Assembly (NCBI GenBank): GCA_051002895.1
Contig: JBPCLW010000042.1
Span: forward strand, 54,293 to 118,292
Direction of reading: 5' to 3'
DNA: 64,000 nt
Origin: Candidatus Dormibacteria bacterium
GTDB taxonomy: Bacteria > Chloroflexota > Dormibacteria > Aeolococcales > Aeolococcaceae
Part shown: piece by piece, positions 1-9,144 of the stretch
Layout: each line of letters starts with the position of its first letter
How positions within the stretch are numbered: the stretch's first letter is position 1
Position numbers and translations under genes: made by a program
Notes under the pieces: generated by a model
Databases searched by the model: none
The model's input: only the letters and a program-made list of their open reading frames with translations
What the model was told of the DNA's origin: nothing

Positions 1-225
1 CTTGTAGAGGTATTGGGCCTCCGCCCGCTCGATGCGCGCCTTACCAAATTTTTCCTCGGGGCGGAAGGTCTCCTCGGTTACCGATCCGGTGATGAGGTTC
101 TTCAGCTTGGTGCGCACGATCGCCGTCCCCCGGCCCATCTTCATGTGATTGAAGCTGAGTACCTGAAAGAGGTCACCGTTGCGCTCAACGGTGTTGCCGG
201 GGCGGAGTTCACCTGCGTTGATCAT
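1..225 (-). CDS. efp: Elongation factor P, N-terminal part (gene runs off the window start)
   Basis: My reverse translation from ATG at 225..223 gives MINAGELRPGNTVERNGDLFQVLSFNHMKMGRGTAIVRTKLKNLITGSVTEETFRPEEKF..., a typical EF-P KOW domain. Its start overlaps the aroQ stop. Confidence 0.85.
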   Translation of the reverse strand, partial: MINAGELRPGNTVERNGDLFQVLSFNHMKMGRGTAIVRTKLKNLITGSVTEETFRPEEKFGKARIERAEAQYLYK

Positions 226-683
226 GCGCTGCCCCTCAATTGTGACCGCTCCTCGACGCCGCGCACCGCCGCTTCCAGGGCGAGAACATACCCCGAGGCG
301 CCGAGCCCAATGATGACGCCATCAGCCGCCCCCGCGGTGACCATGACCTGGCGAAAGTCCTCGCGGGCGAAGACGTTGCTGATGTGATATTCGATGACGA
401 GGCCCGGAAACGAGCGCATGGCGTCGGCCAGAGCCACGCTGGTGTGGCTCAGCCCTCCCGGATTGATGATGAGCGCATCGGCTCGGTCGTTCTCCTCCCC
501 GATAGCGTCGATGAGCGCACCCTCGTGATTGCTCTGCGAAAAGACCACCTCGACATCAAGCTCGTGGGCCCGGCGACCGATCGCCTGGGTGATGTCATCC
601 AGAGTCGAACGGCCATAGACCCTGGGTTCGCGGGTTCCGAGGCGGCCGAGGTTGGGGCCGTTGACGAGGAGGATGCGGGTCAC
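222..683 (-). CDS. aroQ: 3-dehydroquinate dehydratase, type II
   Basis: 153-aa ORF: ILLVNGPNLGRLGTREPRVYG...SNHEGALID...IINPGGLSHTSVAL...EYHISN, matching type II DHQase motifs. Confidence 0.9.
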   Translation of the reverse strand: MTRILLVNGPNLGRLGTREPRVYGRSTLDDITQAIGRRAHELDVEVVFSQSNHEGALIDAIGEENDRADALIINPGGLSHTSVALADAMRSFPGLVIEYHISNVFAREDFRQVMVTAGAADGVIIGLGASGYVLALEAAVRGVEERSQLRGSA

Positions 684-2254
684 CCGGACAGGACCTCCAT
701 GAGCTCGCGGCGCACCACTGACTCGGCGACGACCTCACCGAGTCTGACCGTCCCGCGCCGTTGCAGAAGCACCCAGCGAGGCTGCCCGGCAACCGCCTTC
801 TTGTCGTGGCCGAGGCGTTGTAGCACGCTATCGACACCGACGGCAGGCGTCGGGGAGAAACCGATGCCATCAAGCAGACGGTTCTGCCAGGCGATGTCGC
901 CCTCGGGGCACCCCGAGTGAGCGATCGAGAGGGCGCCGGCGACGCGCATGCCGGCCGCGACAGCCTCACCATGAGTCAGTTCGCCGTAGCCGGCGACAGC
1001 CTCGAGGGCGTGAGCCACGGTGTGGCCGTAATTGAGGACCGCCCGCAGCCCCTGCTCCTGACTGTCGGCGGTGACCACCGCCGCCTTCATCCCGGCGCAG
1101 CGCTCAATGATCAGAGCCAGCGATTCGACGTGAAACGCCAGCAATCGGGGCAGGGCACCATCGAGGATGGCCGGCAGTTCCTCGCTAGGGTCGATCATCG
1201 CGTACTTCGCCACCTCGCCCAGGCCCGAGAGGAGTTCGCGGCGCGGCAGGGTATCGAGCACGGTGGGGTCGGCGAGGACGGCTCGGGGCTGCCAGAAGGC
1301 ACCCGCGAGATTCTTCCCCGCGGCGAGATTGACGCCGGTCTTGCCGCCGATAGCGCTGTCGACCATGGCCAGAAGAGTGGTCGGCACGGTGATCCAGGCA
1401 GTGCCGCGCGCAAGGGTGGCGGCCACGAAGCCGGCAAGATCCCCGATCGACCCACCGCCAACGGCAACGATGCAATCCTGGCGACCGATCCCGGCCTCGG
1501 CGGCCCGCTCGAGCAGCCGTCCCGCCACCGCCCAGCTCTTGGCGGTCTCACCGCCGGCGACGGAGAGCAGATGGGCCCGGTAGCCTGATTGCCGCAGACG
1601 TGACCGCAGGCGCCGGCCGAGAACGCTGACCGTCCGATCGCAGATGATCACGACCTGGGAGCAGGCAGCGGGCAGATGACGTTCGAGCCAATCGGTGGCG
1701 CCAGGCTCGACGATGACCGGGTAGGCGGCACCACCTGTGCCCACCCGCGCGGCGTCGGCAAGGCTGACGAGGCTGCAGGCAACGCTCTCGAGGTCGCCCC
1801 GGGCGTCGACCCGAAGGTGGGCGCGAGCATAGGCGGCGCGCCGCTGGGTCCGGCAGCGGGCCAGATTGGCGACACGATCGCCGCGCACGAGTGGCCGGTC
1901 TGCGGCATCGCCGAGGCGACGGAGCAGTGTCTCGTCGTCGGCATCGAGGCAGACGACCCAGGCACGGTCGAGGAGTTCTTGTTGGGCGACGGGCTCGGCA
2001 AATAGGCCTCCACCGCAAGCGATGACGGAGGGTTGGGCCGCCTGCAGCAACTCGTTCACCACCTCGGACTCCATCTCGCGGAACCGGGGCTCGCCGACCG
2101 CTGAGAGAGCATCGCCGGTGGACTTCCCAGTTCGCTCCGCGATGACGCGGTCGGTGTCGTGAAATGTCCACCCGAGGTGCTCGGCGAGACGCCTTCCGAC
2201 AGTCGACTTCCCGGTGGCGGGCAGACCGACAAGAGCAATGGGCGGTGCGCTCAC
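680..2254 (-). CDS. aroK-aroB: Bifunctional shikimate kinase / 3-dehydroquinate synthase (fusion)
   Basis: The N-terminus has the shikimate kinase P-loop (GLPATGKSTVGRRLA...DTD). The C-terminal ~350 aa is AroB-like (GGGSIGDLAGFVAAT..., VPTTLLAMVDSAIGGKTGVN). Confidence 0.9.
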   Translation of the reverse strand: MSAPPIALVGLPATGKSTVGRRLAEHLGWTFHDTDRVIAERTGKSTGDALSAVGEPRFREMESEVVNELLQAAQPSVIACGGGLFAEPVAQQELLDRAWVVCLDADDETLLRRLGDAADRPLVRGDRVANLARCRTQRRAAYARAHLRVDARGDLESVACSLVSLADAARVGTGGAAYPVIVEPGATDWLERHLPAACSQVVIICDRTVSVLGRRLRSRLRQSGYRAHLLSVAGGETAKSWAVAGRLLERAAEAGIGRQDCIVAVGGGSIGDLAGFVAATLARGTAWITVPTTLLAMVDSAIGGKTGVNLAAGKNLAGAFWQPRAVLADPTVLDTLPRRELLSGLGEVAKYAMIDPSEELPAILDGALPRLLAFHVESLALIIERCAGMKAAVVTADSQEQGLRAVLNYGHTVAHALEAVAGYGELTHGEAVAAGMRVAGALSIAHSGCPEGDIAWQNRLLDGIGFSPTPAVGVDSVLQRLGHDKKAVAGQPRWVLLQRRGTVRLGEVVAESVVRRELMEVLSG

Positions 2255-3405
2255 GGGCGCAGACGCCGGATCGTCCGCCGGTAGCCGCGGAGGTTCCGCT
2301 TCGTCTCGCTGATCGCATCGCCGCCGAACTTCTCCAACACGGCAGCCGCCAGCGTCAGCGCGAACATTGCCTCCGCCACGACACCTCCGGCGGGGACGAC
2401 GCAGATGTCGCTGCGCTCGTAGTGAGCGTTGACCTCGGTACCGCTGCGCACGTCGACGCTCCGCAACGGAGAAAGCAGAGTGGAGATTGGCTTGAAATGG
2501 ACGAGGGCCCAGACCGGTTCGCCGTTACTGATACCGCCGGTGATGCCGCCGGCGCGGTTGCTGAGATGGCGGAAGGAGTTGCCGTGAAATGCAGGAGAGT
2601 CGTGGACGGCGGAACCAGGCGACGCCGCCGCCAGACACCCGGAACCAATCTCCACCGCCTTCACGGACTGAATGCTCATGAGCGCCTGGGCGAGCAGGCC
2701 GTCGAGGCGTCGGTCCCACTGCGAGTACGTGCCGATCCCGGCCACAACTCCACGGGCAACGACGCATGCCGTACCTCCGAGGGTATCGCCCCGCTGCCGG
2801 GCGTTGTCAATGGCGGCGACCATCTGCGCGCTCGCGGCAGCATCCGGACAGCGCACTGGGGATGTCTCGACCTCGCGACTATCGACGTCATCACGATGCT
2901 CGATGACGACATCGCCGATCCGTTCAGCCCACGACGAGATGGTCACGCCTAGGGGCGCCAGCAGGGCGATGGCGACAGCGCCAGCAGCAACGCGAGCCGC
3001 CGTCTCCCGCGCACTTGCCCGCTCCAGGACGTCGCGAGCGTCGTCGAGATCGTACTTCAGCATCCCGGCGAGGTCCGCATGGCCGGGGCGGACGCGAGTG
3101 ACCCGCTTACGGGTGAAGCCGGCCGCCCCGATCTGCATGGGCCCCTTCCAATTCTCCCAGTCGCGATTACGGATCACCAATGCAATCGGTGAGCCCAGGG
3201 TGCGCCCCCCGCGTACCCCGCCGACGATCTCCACCTGGTCCTGTTCGATGAGCTGACGCTTGCCCCGCCCGTGGCCCCCCTGGCGGCGCCGCAGGTGGGG
3301 ATCGATGTCGCGGCGACCGTCGAGTGGCAGCCCCGCCGGCACTCCCTCGATGATCACCGTCAACTGGGGCCCGTGGGACTCTCCGGCGGTCAGATAACGC
3401 AACAC
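2251..3405 (-). CDS. aroC: Chorismate synthase
   Basis: 384 aa, MLRYLTAGESHGPQLTVIIEGVPAGL..., RPGHAD, GGISNG motifs. Confidence 0.95.
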   Translation of the reverse strand: MLRYLTAGESHGPQLTVIIEGVPAGLPLDGRRDIDPHLRRRQGGHGRGKRQLIEQDQVEIVGGVRGGRTLGSPIALVIRNRDWENWKGPMQIGAAGFTRKRVTRVRPGHADLAGMLKYDLDDARDVLERASARETAARVAAGAVAIALLAPLGVTISSWAERIGDVVIEHRDDVDSREVETSPVRCPDAAASAQMVAAIDNARQRGDTLGGTACVVARGVVAGIGTYSQWDRRLDGLLAQALMSIQSVKAVEIGSGCLAAASPGSAVHDSPAFHGNSFRHLSNRAGGITGGISNGEPVWALVHFKPISTLLSPLRSVDVRSGTEVNAHYERSDICVVPAGGVVAEAMFALTLAAAVLEKFGGDAISETKRNLRGYRRTIRRLRP

Positions 3406-3584
3406 CGCCCGATTGTATTCGGACAGCTGTCACAGCAAGCAGAGAGCGAGTGCGACCTCGCGCCAGAGGCGCGCGATCACTTCGTGGCTATGCCGGTGAC
3501 CCTGACCACGAACGGCGATTCCACTCGATCGGCTAATCCATACTGTCCGCGTTGTGTCCTTTGGGACAGCAGAGAGTGATCGAC

Positions 3585-3773
3585 ATGATCGATCCCCGCG
3601 TCACACCCGAGCGGCTGCTCCGCATCGCCGACCTGTTCGCCATGAACGGCGACACGGTGACCGCGGTCCGCCTCCTCGACGACGTTCGCCACGGTGACGA
3701 TCCTCGCTGTCGGGACCTCGCCAGCGCCAGCATTGCCCGGTTTCGGCGCGAGCAGCTCCCCCGCACCGCCTGA
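3585..3773 (+). CDS. Hypothetical small protein (only plus-strand candidate in the window)
   Basis: ORF in the 378-bp gap between aroC and the bPH gene. Third codon positions are GC-rich, and there is a purine-rich stretch (gcagagag) upstream of the internal ATG (MIDPRV...). No recognisable family. Confidence 0.3.
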   Translation: MIDPRVTPERLLRIADLFAMNGDTVTAVRLLDDVRHGDDPRCRDLASASIARFRREQLPRTA

Positions 3774-3783
3774 GCACTGAGTC

Positions 3784-4359
3784 TCAGAGCCCTCCGGTCG
3801 ACGACGGCGGCGGTGGCGGTGGCGGCGGCGGTGACGGCAACGACGCGGTGGGTGCGGAGCTTGCCACACCGGTGCGATGCTCTTCGATGGCCTGAAGCAG
3901 GTCGTTGTAGAACGCGTCCGGCCGAGGGATGCGATGGAGCATCTCCACACCGTCGCGGCCCGCCGACTCGATCTCGATGTCGCCGGTGTGGATCATCCGC
4001 TCGGCGAGGGGCTTACGCACCGTCGTATCCTGGATACGATCCAAGGCAATCGACTCGGTGACCTTGGAAACCACTCCGCGGCTGACGACGATGCGGCGGC
4101 TGGTGAGCGTGAACGTGGCGCTCCGCCACTGCAGGAGTTTCACCCCGACCACGATGAGCGTCAGCAGGATGGTGATGAGTTCGATCGTGCCCTTGATGGC
4201 AGCGATGTTGGAACCCTCCACCACGCTCGGGGTCAGGGCCATGAGCACCGACACAGCGACGATGACGACCACCGCGACGAAGACCGCGGGGACGGTCACC
4301 GACCAGTGTTGGCGCGCCGTGGTGATCGCCCGCTCGCCGGTGAGCAGTTGGGTAGGCAT
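3784..4359 (-). CDS. Membrane protein with bacterial PH (bPH_2/YdbT-like) domain and poly-proline C-terminus
   Basis: Two N-terminal TM helices, then RRIVVSRGVVSKVTESIALDRIQDTTVRKPLAERMIHTGDIEIESAG, a typical bPH_2 pattern. The C-terminus is PSPPPPPPPPPSS. Confidence 0.7.
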   Translation of the reverse strand: MPTQLLTGERAITTARQHWSVTVPAVFVAVVVIVAVSVLMALTPSVVEGSNIAAIKGTIELITILLTLIVVGVKLLQWRSATFTLTSRRIVVSRGVVSKVTESIALDRIQDTTVRKPLAERMIHTGDIEIESAGRDGVEMLHRIPRPDAFYNDLLQAIEEHRTGVASSAPTASLPSPPPPPPPPPSSTGGL

Positions 4360-4371
4360 TGGCTTCTCCGC

Positions 4372-5139
4372 TCAGGTGACTGTGAAAAGGGTCTGATACA
4401 GGACGACGGTCGCTCCGATGCACAAGAACGGCCCATAGGGTATCGGGTCCTTGAGCCCGCGGACGCGGGTGACAAGCAAGAGAAAGGCCACCAAACCGCC
4501 GAGGAAGATCCCCGTAATCACCGCGCTGATCGCTTGGAGGTGGCTGAGGCCGTCGAAGGAGAGCCCGGTGATCGCGCCGATGAGCGCGCCGAGTTTCACG
4601 TCACCAAGACCGATGCCGCCACGCGAGGCGAGGCTGAAGAGCCAGAAGAATCCCGCGATGCAGACCGCCCCGGTGGCGGCGCGGCCCAGCGAGAGCCCTG
4701 GGGTGACAGTCGCCAGGATCAGGGCGATACCGATCGACGGGTAGGTAATCCAGTTGAGAATGAGCCGGTGCTTGAGGTCGAAGCCGATGATGTGGACAAA
4801 GATCGCCAGCCAGAGAAGGTGCTCAACCGAGAGCGTGGAGATGCCCTCACGAGAGACGAAGAGGGCGAACCCGAAGGCGCAGAGCGCCGGTGAGAGGGTC
4901 CGTTCCAGCCAGGTCCAGCCATAACGCTCGGAGAGCCAAGGCGGCGCTTTCGGAGGCTTCTCCCCCTTCTCGCGCGTAGCCGCGACGTCCCTGGCTATCG
5001 CCTTCTCGTAGTCCTCACGCTCCTCGCGTTCCTCCTCCTCCAATTTCTCCATCCTTTCGAGGAGGACCGCGAGCCACCCCGAGCCCAGTCCAACCGCGGC
5101 GCCAATGACGCCGAAGAGGATCCCCAGCCCCCAAGTCAC
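4372..5139 (-). CDS. Prepilin peptidase-like A24 family aspartic peptidase (no N-terminal methyltransferase domain)
   Basis: Polytopic membrane protein with GGIGLGDVKLGALIGAITG and an acidic loop. Start set at GTG 5139..5137, which overlaps the aroE stop (GTGA). The longer 356-aa ORF would overlap aroE. Confidence 0.7.
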   Translation of the reverse strand: MTWGLGILFGVIGAAVGLGSGWLAVLLERMEKLEEEEREEREDYEKAIARDVAATREKGEKPPKAPPWLSERYGWTWLERTLSPALCAFGFALFVSREGISTLSVEHLLWLAIFVHIIGFDLKHRLILNWITYPSIGIALILATVTPGLSLGRAATGAVCIAGFFWLFSLASRGGIGLGDVKLGALIGAITGLSFDGLSHLQAISAVITGIFLGGLVAFLLLVTRVRGLKDPIPYGPFLCIGATVVLYQTLFTVT

Positions 5140-5975
5140 ACGCCAACCCTCTCGTGGAGCGCCGCCCGGGCCGCGGACCAGGGAGGTTCCTCGCCCGTCC
5201 AGAGCTGAAAGGCGAGCATGCCCTGCTGAAGCAGCATCTCCAGTCCGTCGCAGGCGGGATGCCCGGCTTCGCGCGCGGCGGCGACGAGGTCCACCGGCCG
5301 CGGCCGGTAGCGCACGTCGGCAACGCCGCAGGTCGGAGGGAGGTCTCTGATGAAAAAGGGCATTGCCCGCAAGCCCGCCGAGGTGGCGTTGACCACGAGA
5401 GAGGCTGATCTCAGCGCATCGGCAAGCTCCGGTGATCGCCACCCCACCACTGAGCTGACCACGACTGGCCAGAGTTGATCGCGCACCGCCTCAGCCTGGC
5501 CGATGCGGCGGGTGGTGAGGACGATCCGTGCCGGTGCTCGGCTGAGCGCCAGGGCGCAGGCGGCAGCGACGCCACCACCGCCGACAATGACGACATCGGC
5601 ACCCCCCTTCACCCAGAGCTGGTTCGCGGAGAGTCCGAGTTGGAAACCGTCGGCATCGGTGTTGTCACCGATGAGGCGACCGCCCTCCACGGTGATGGTG
5701 TTGACGACACCGCAGAGCATCGCATCGCCGACGAGCTCGTCGCAGGCACTTGCCATGACCGCCTTGTGGGGGACGGTGACGTTGGCGCCGCGCACCTCAC
5801 CCGCTCGCATGCGCAGTAGCACTTCGGGTAGCTCGGCGGCGGAAACATCGACAAGTTGGTACCAACCACTGCGGCCGCAGGCGCGGAGCGCCGCCTCCTG
5901 CATCGCCGGGGATGGCGACTGGCGGATACCTGAGCCAATGAGCCAGAGCCTCACCGGGGCGGCATCCCCGCTCAT
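5136..5975 (-). CDS. aroE: Shikimate dehydrogenase
   Basis: SPSPAMQEAA..., NVTVPHK, NTD, VIVGGGGVAAA Rossmann motif. ATG at 5975 overlaps the mltG stop (ATGA); an alternative GTG lies at 5984. Confidence 0.85.
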   Translation of the reverse strand: MSGDAAPVRLWLIGSGIRQSPSPAMQEAALRACGRSGWYQLVDVSAAELPEVLLRMRAGEVRGANVTVPHKAVMASACDELVGDAMLCGVVNTITVEGGRLIGDNTDADGFQLGLSANQLWVKGGADVVIVGGGGVAAACALALSRAPARIVLTTRRIGQAEAVRDQLWPVVVSSVVGWRSPELADALRSASLVVNATSAGLRAMPFFIRDLPPTCGVADVRYRPRPVDLVAAAREAGHPACDGLEMLLQQGMLAFQLWTGEEPPWSAARAALHERVGV

Positions 5976-7000
5976 GGGGGGCACGGGGTGCCAAGGTACT
6001 TCTGCTTCAGTGCCTCGAAATCAGCGCCCGTCCTGGCGTAGTGATTGTGGCCGCAGGTGTCGCTGACGTAAAAGAGGTCATCGGTGCGGGCGGGTGCTAC
6101 CGCAGGCTGCACGTTGGCGAGCCCCGGATTCGAGATCGGTGTTGGCGGCAGGCCCGCGTGGAGGTAACTGTTGTAAGCGGTATCCACCTGGCGATCGGAG
6201 ACGCTCATCGCCTCGCCCACCTTGTTCAGCCCATACACGACGGTGGCGTCCACCTGGAGTCTCATTCCCCTGGCTAGCCGATTGTTGATGACCGCGGCGA
6301 CCAGCGGGCGATCATCGGCAAACTTCGCTTCGCGCTCGAGTATCGAGGCGATGACGAGACTGCCGTATGGGTTACTTGGGGAGAGCGCGGGGAGCACTCG
6401 CTGGGAAAAGTCATCGAGCTGCATCTGCACGATGTCATGGGCGGTGGCGCCCATGGGAACGGTGTAGCTGTCGGGGAAGAGAAATCCTTCCAGTGACGTC
6501 ACGCCCGCCGGTCGCATGCTCAGGAAGGGAGCATTGAAGTGGTCACGCTGCAGCGCCTGCAGGTACTGCTCGCGGGTGACGCCGAGCTGAGCGGCGTCGA
6601 CCTTGCTGGCCATCTGGTCGGCAGTCAGCCCTTCGGCGAGGAGGAGGCGGCGGGGGGGAACGTCAGCTGGGCCCTCTAGTTTGGCAATGATCGCGCTTGC
6701 GCCCATTCCCGAGTCGAGCTTGAACATGCCTGGCTGGAGATGGTCGCCCAGTCCCTTGAAGCGAGCAAAGAGTGTGAACCAGAACTTGCTCCGGAGGAGC
6801 CCCTTGGCGGAGAGATCACTGGAGACAGCGTCGAGCCCCTCCCCCGCGGTCACGGTGACGGCGACAATGTTTGCATGGTTGTTGCTGACTGGCTCCAGCT
6901 GGGGGCGACCGAAGAGGAGGGCACCACCACCAGCCGCGCCAAGAAGCACGAGCGCTACGAGGAGGACGACGACGATGATCCGACCGCGCGCGCCCCTCAC
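5972..7000 (-). CDS. mltG: Endolytic murein transglycosylase MltG (YceG-like)
   Basis: N-terminal TM helix, then a YceG-like domain (ASILEREA..., VINNRL..., LQVDATVVYG, YNSYLHAGLPPTPISNPG). Confidence 0.9.
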   Translation of the reverse strand: MRGARGRIIVVVLLVALVLLGAAGGGALLFGRPQLEPVSNNHANIVAVTVTAGEGLDAVSSDLSAKGLLRSKFWFTLFARFKGLGDHLQPGMFKLDSGMGASAIIAKLEGPADVPPRRLLLAEGLTADQMASKVDAAQLGVTREQYLQALQRDHFNAPFLSMRPAGVTSLEGFLFPDSYTVPMGATAHDIVQMQLDDFSQRVLPALSPSNPYGSLVIASILEREAKFADDRPLVAAVINNRLARGMRLQVDATVVYGLNKVGEAMSVSDRQVDTAYNSYLHAGLPPTPISNPGLANVQPAVAPARTDDLFYVSDTCGHNHYARTGADFEALKQKYLGTPCPP

Positions 7001-7440
7001 GCGGATCTTGCCGACCTCTGCGCATCCAGCCAGCCTTGGAGCATGAGCGCTGCCGCCACCGAGTCGATGACCTGACGTCGCCGAGCCCGGCGCATCCCCT
7101 GACTGATCAAGGAGCGCTCCGCCTGCCGGGTGGTGAAGCGCTCATCGCTCAGCTCCACGACGACTCCGAGCCGCAGAGCCGCCTCGGCGGCGAAGGTTCG
7201 TGCCCCCTCCGCTGCTGGGCCATCCTCACCGGACTGATCGAGCGGCAGCCCGACGACGAGGAGGCCGCACCTACGCTCGCCCACCGCGGTGGCCAGACGC
7301 GCCCAGAACTGTGGATGGTTTCGCTCGATCATGAGCAGAGGTGAAGCGATCGTCCGTGTGGGATCTGCTGCCGCCAGTCCGACGCGCCGAGTGCCGATAT
7401 CGACGCCGACAACTCTGACGCCCGAATCCTCAGGGGTCAT
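6997..7440 (-). CDS. ruvX: Putative pre-16S rRNA nuclease / Holliday junction resolvase-like YqgF
   Basis: VVGVDIGTRRVGLAAADP...LLVVGLPL...DERFTT, the YqgF family pattern. Confidence 0.9.
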   Translation of the reverse strand: MTPEDSGVRVVGVDIGTRRVGLAAADPTRTIASPLLMIERNHPQFWARLATAVGERRCGLLVVGLPLDQSGEDGPAAEGARTFAAEAALRLGVVVELSDERFTTRQAERSLISQGMRRARRRQVIDSVAAALMLQGWLDAQRSARSA

Positions 7441-9131
7441 CAGGGCGTCGACTTGGTTGGCGGAGTGACGAAGTTCTCGTCGATCTGAATCCGTGACGCA
7501 AAGAGTGGCATGAAGAAGAACTGGACCGGTGTCTCGGTGATATCCACTGACTGCACCCGGTCCACACGGTGGCTGATGATCTTGCGCACATCGTCGAGGC
7601 TCTTCCCCGTGAGCGAATCTTTCAGCTGCTCGAAGTGGATATCGGGTCGATGGTAGTCGGTGGCCGTGACAGACAGCGCCAGGTGCCCATCATCGCCCGC
7701 CTGGATGATGCTCGTCTGAACAACCTGCAGCTTTTCGGGGATGAGGGTATCCCCAGTGGGGACCAGGGCTTGCAGGTCGGTGAGGAGCACGGTTCGCACG
7801 TCGGCAGGACTGTAGAACGTCGCCTTGGCGTGAAGAGAAACGGTGATCTGGGTCGGCGGGAACGAATCGTCGGCCTTGGGTAGCGATGGCTGTACGTCGC
7901 TGGCAATGGTTTTCCCGCCACCGTTGGGATCCGTCGCCACCTCCTTGTTCTGTTCCTTGGCGACAAGATCGGCGTTCACCTTGTCGGTGAGCTGCTTCTG
8001 CAGGGTCGCGACCTGGGTGTTCCAGGCGGTGACGTTGTCGGCGCTGACGACGGTCACGGTCTTGGCATCGGTGCCACCGCCCGCTGGTTGAGGATTGTCA
8101 ACCTTGAAATCGACACCCGGCGTGCAGCTATTGAGAGGATCGCTGCACGGATCCTCCCCCGGACCGAAGATGACCACACTGTGGGCGCTGACGTTCTGAC
8201 CCTTTCCCTGGGCCAGGGAGACAACTGGCAACGGATTGCTCACCGGACCGGCGATGGGGTTGCTCTTCGTGAAGGTCAGCACCGTGGGCTGGGACACCTG
8301 GAAGTTGACGGGAGGGTTGGTATTGCTCACGAGCCGATAGCCCTTCGGCACCGGCGCCAGACCAAAGGGGTTGCTGGTCGGCTGTGACCAGTAAGGGTTG
8401 GCGGGATTGGCAATGGTGATCACCACCTGAGTGGTTGCGTTCGTTGCCGGGATCTGCTTCTGGCCCGAGGCGGTGGCCTGAAACTGTGCGCTCGCATCGG
8501 TGGTCGCCACCTGGGTAAGAATGTGGTCAGGCTGCTTGGATTCCGCCTGGTCGGGTGTCCCCTGGATGGTGGGGCTGACACTGACGGGCGTCGCATTCAG
8601 GGTGACAACGATCTTCGCCGAGGGGCTGAGAACGAGGAAGAGTAAGAGCCCGATGATTCCGAGGCCAATGAGGGCGAAATAGAGGGGACGGCGCCGTCCC
8701 CTACTGGCCTTCTCGGCCACTGCGGGGACCCTCCGCCTGGCCCCTGGCGGTGCCGGCGGTGCCGCCGGAGTGGCCGCTGCAGCGATCGCGGGCGGAGGCG
8801 CGGTCGCGATCGCGCCGGCATGAGGCGCATCCGCGACACCCTCGCCAGGGCCGGCGCGGGGGATGCCACGTTCCCAGGCTGCAACCGACGCGAAGACCGG
8901 GAAGCCCCCATTGCGGGCGAGTTGGTGTATGCGGGTATCGTCACTGACGATCGACAATGCCCGTTCGTCCTTGCTGGCGAACTGACTGAGGAGACGAATG
9001 TTGAGCGGCGCCTGAAACACCGCGGCATCGGGTGGGAGGACGAGCGCCACCTCGCGCTCCGGAGTAGCGCGAATCTTTTCGATCAATTCCGCAATTTCAT
9101 CATCACCGTCGACGTGGACAACCTTAGGCAT
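7440..9131 (-). CDS. Bitopic membrane protein of unknown function (563 aa)
   Basis: A ~95-aa cytoplasmic N-domain (MPKVVHVDGDDEIAELIEKIR...), an Ala/Pro-rich linker, one TM helix (LYFALIGLGIIGLLLFLVL) and a ~390-aa Thr/Gln/Pro/Val-rich extracytoplasmic domain. Flanked by coupled genes. Confidence 0.65.
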   Translation of the reverse strand: MPKVVHVDGDDEIAELIEKIRATPEREVALVLPPDAAVFQAPLNIRLLSQFASKDERALSIVSDDTRIHQLARNGGFPVFASVAAWERGIPRAGPGEGVADAPHAGAIATAPPPAIAAAATPAAPPAPPGARRRVPAVAEKASRGRRRPLYFALIGLGIIGLLLFLVLSPSAKIVVTLNATPVSVSPTIQGTPDQAESKQPDHILTQVATTDASAQFQATASGQKQIPATNATTQVVITIANPANPYWSQPTSNPFGLAPVPKGYRLVSNTNPPVNFQVSQPTVLTFTKSNPIAGPVSNPLPVVSLAQGKGQNVSAHSVVIFGPGEDPCSDPLNSCTPGVDFKVDNPQPAGGGTDAKTVTVVSADNVTAWNTQVATLQKQLTDKVNADLVAKEQNKEVATDPNGGGKTIASDVQPSLPKADDSFPPTQITVSLHAKATFYSPADVRTVLLTDLQALVPTGDTLIPEKLQVVQTSIIQAGDDGHLALSVTATDYHRPDIHFEQLKDSLTGKSLDDVRKIISHRVDRVQSVDITETPVQFFFMPLFASRIQIDENFVTPPTKSTP

Positions 9132-9144
9132 CAGTCAGTACCCC

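Noticed and set aside
4372-5442. 356-aa version of the prepilin-peptidase ORF. The same issue affects the long ORF forms of proS, dxr, cdsA, rseP, hslV, rpsB, fabD, coaD, rsmD and recG.
   Set aside because: The upstream extensions overlap the preceding conserved gene and lack homology. Internal ATG/GTG starts that overlap the upstream stop codon fit the family N-termini.
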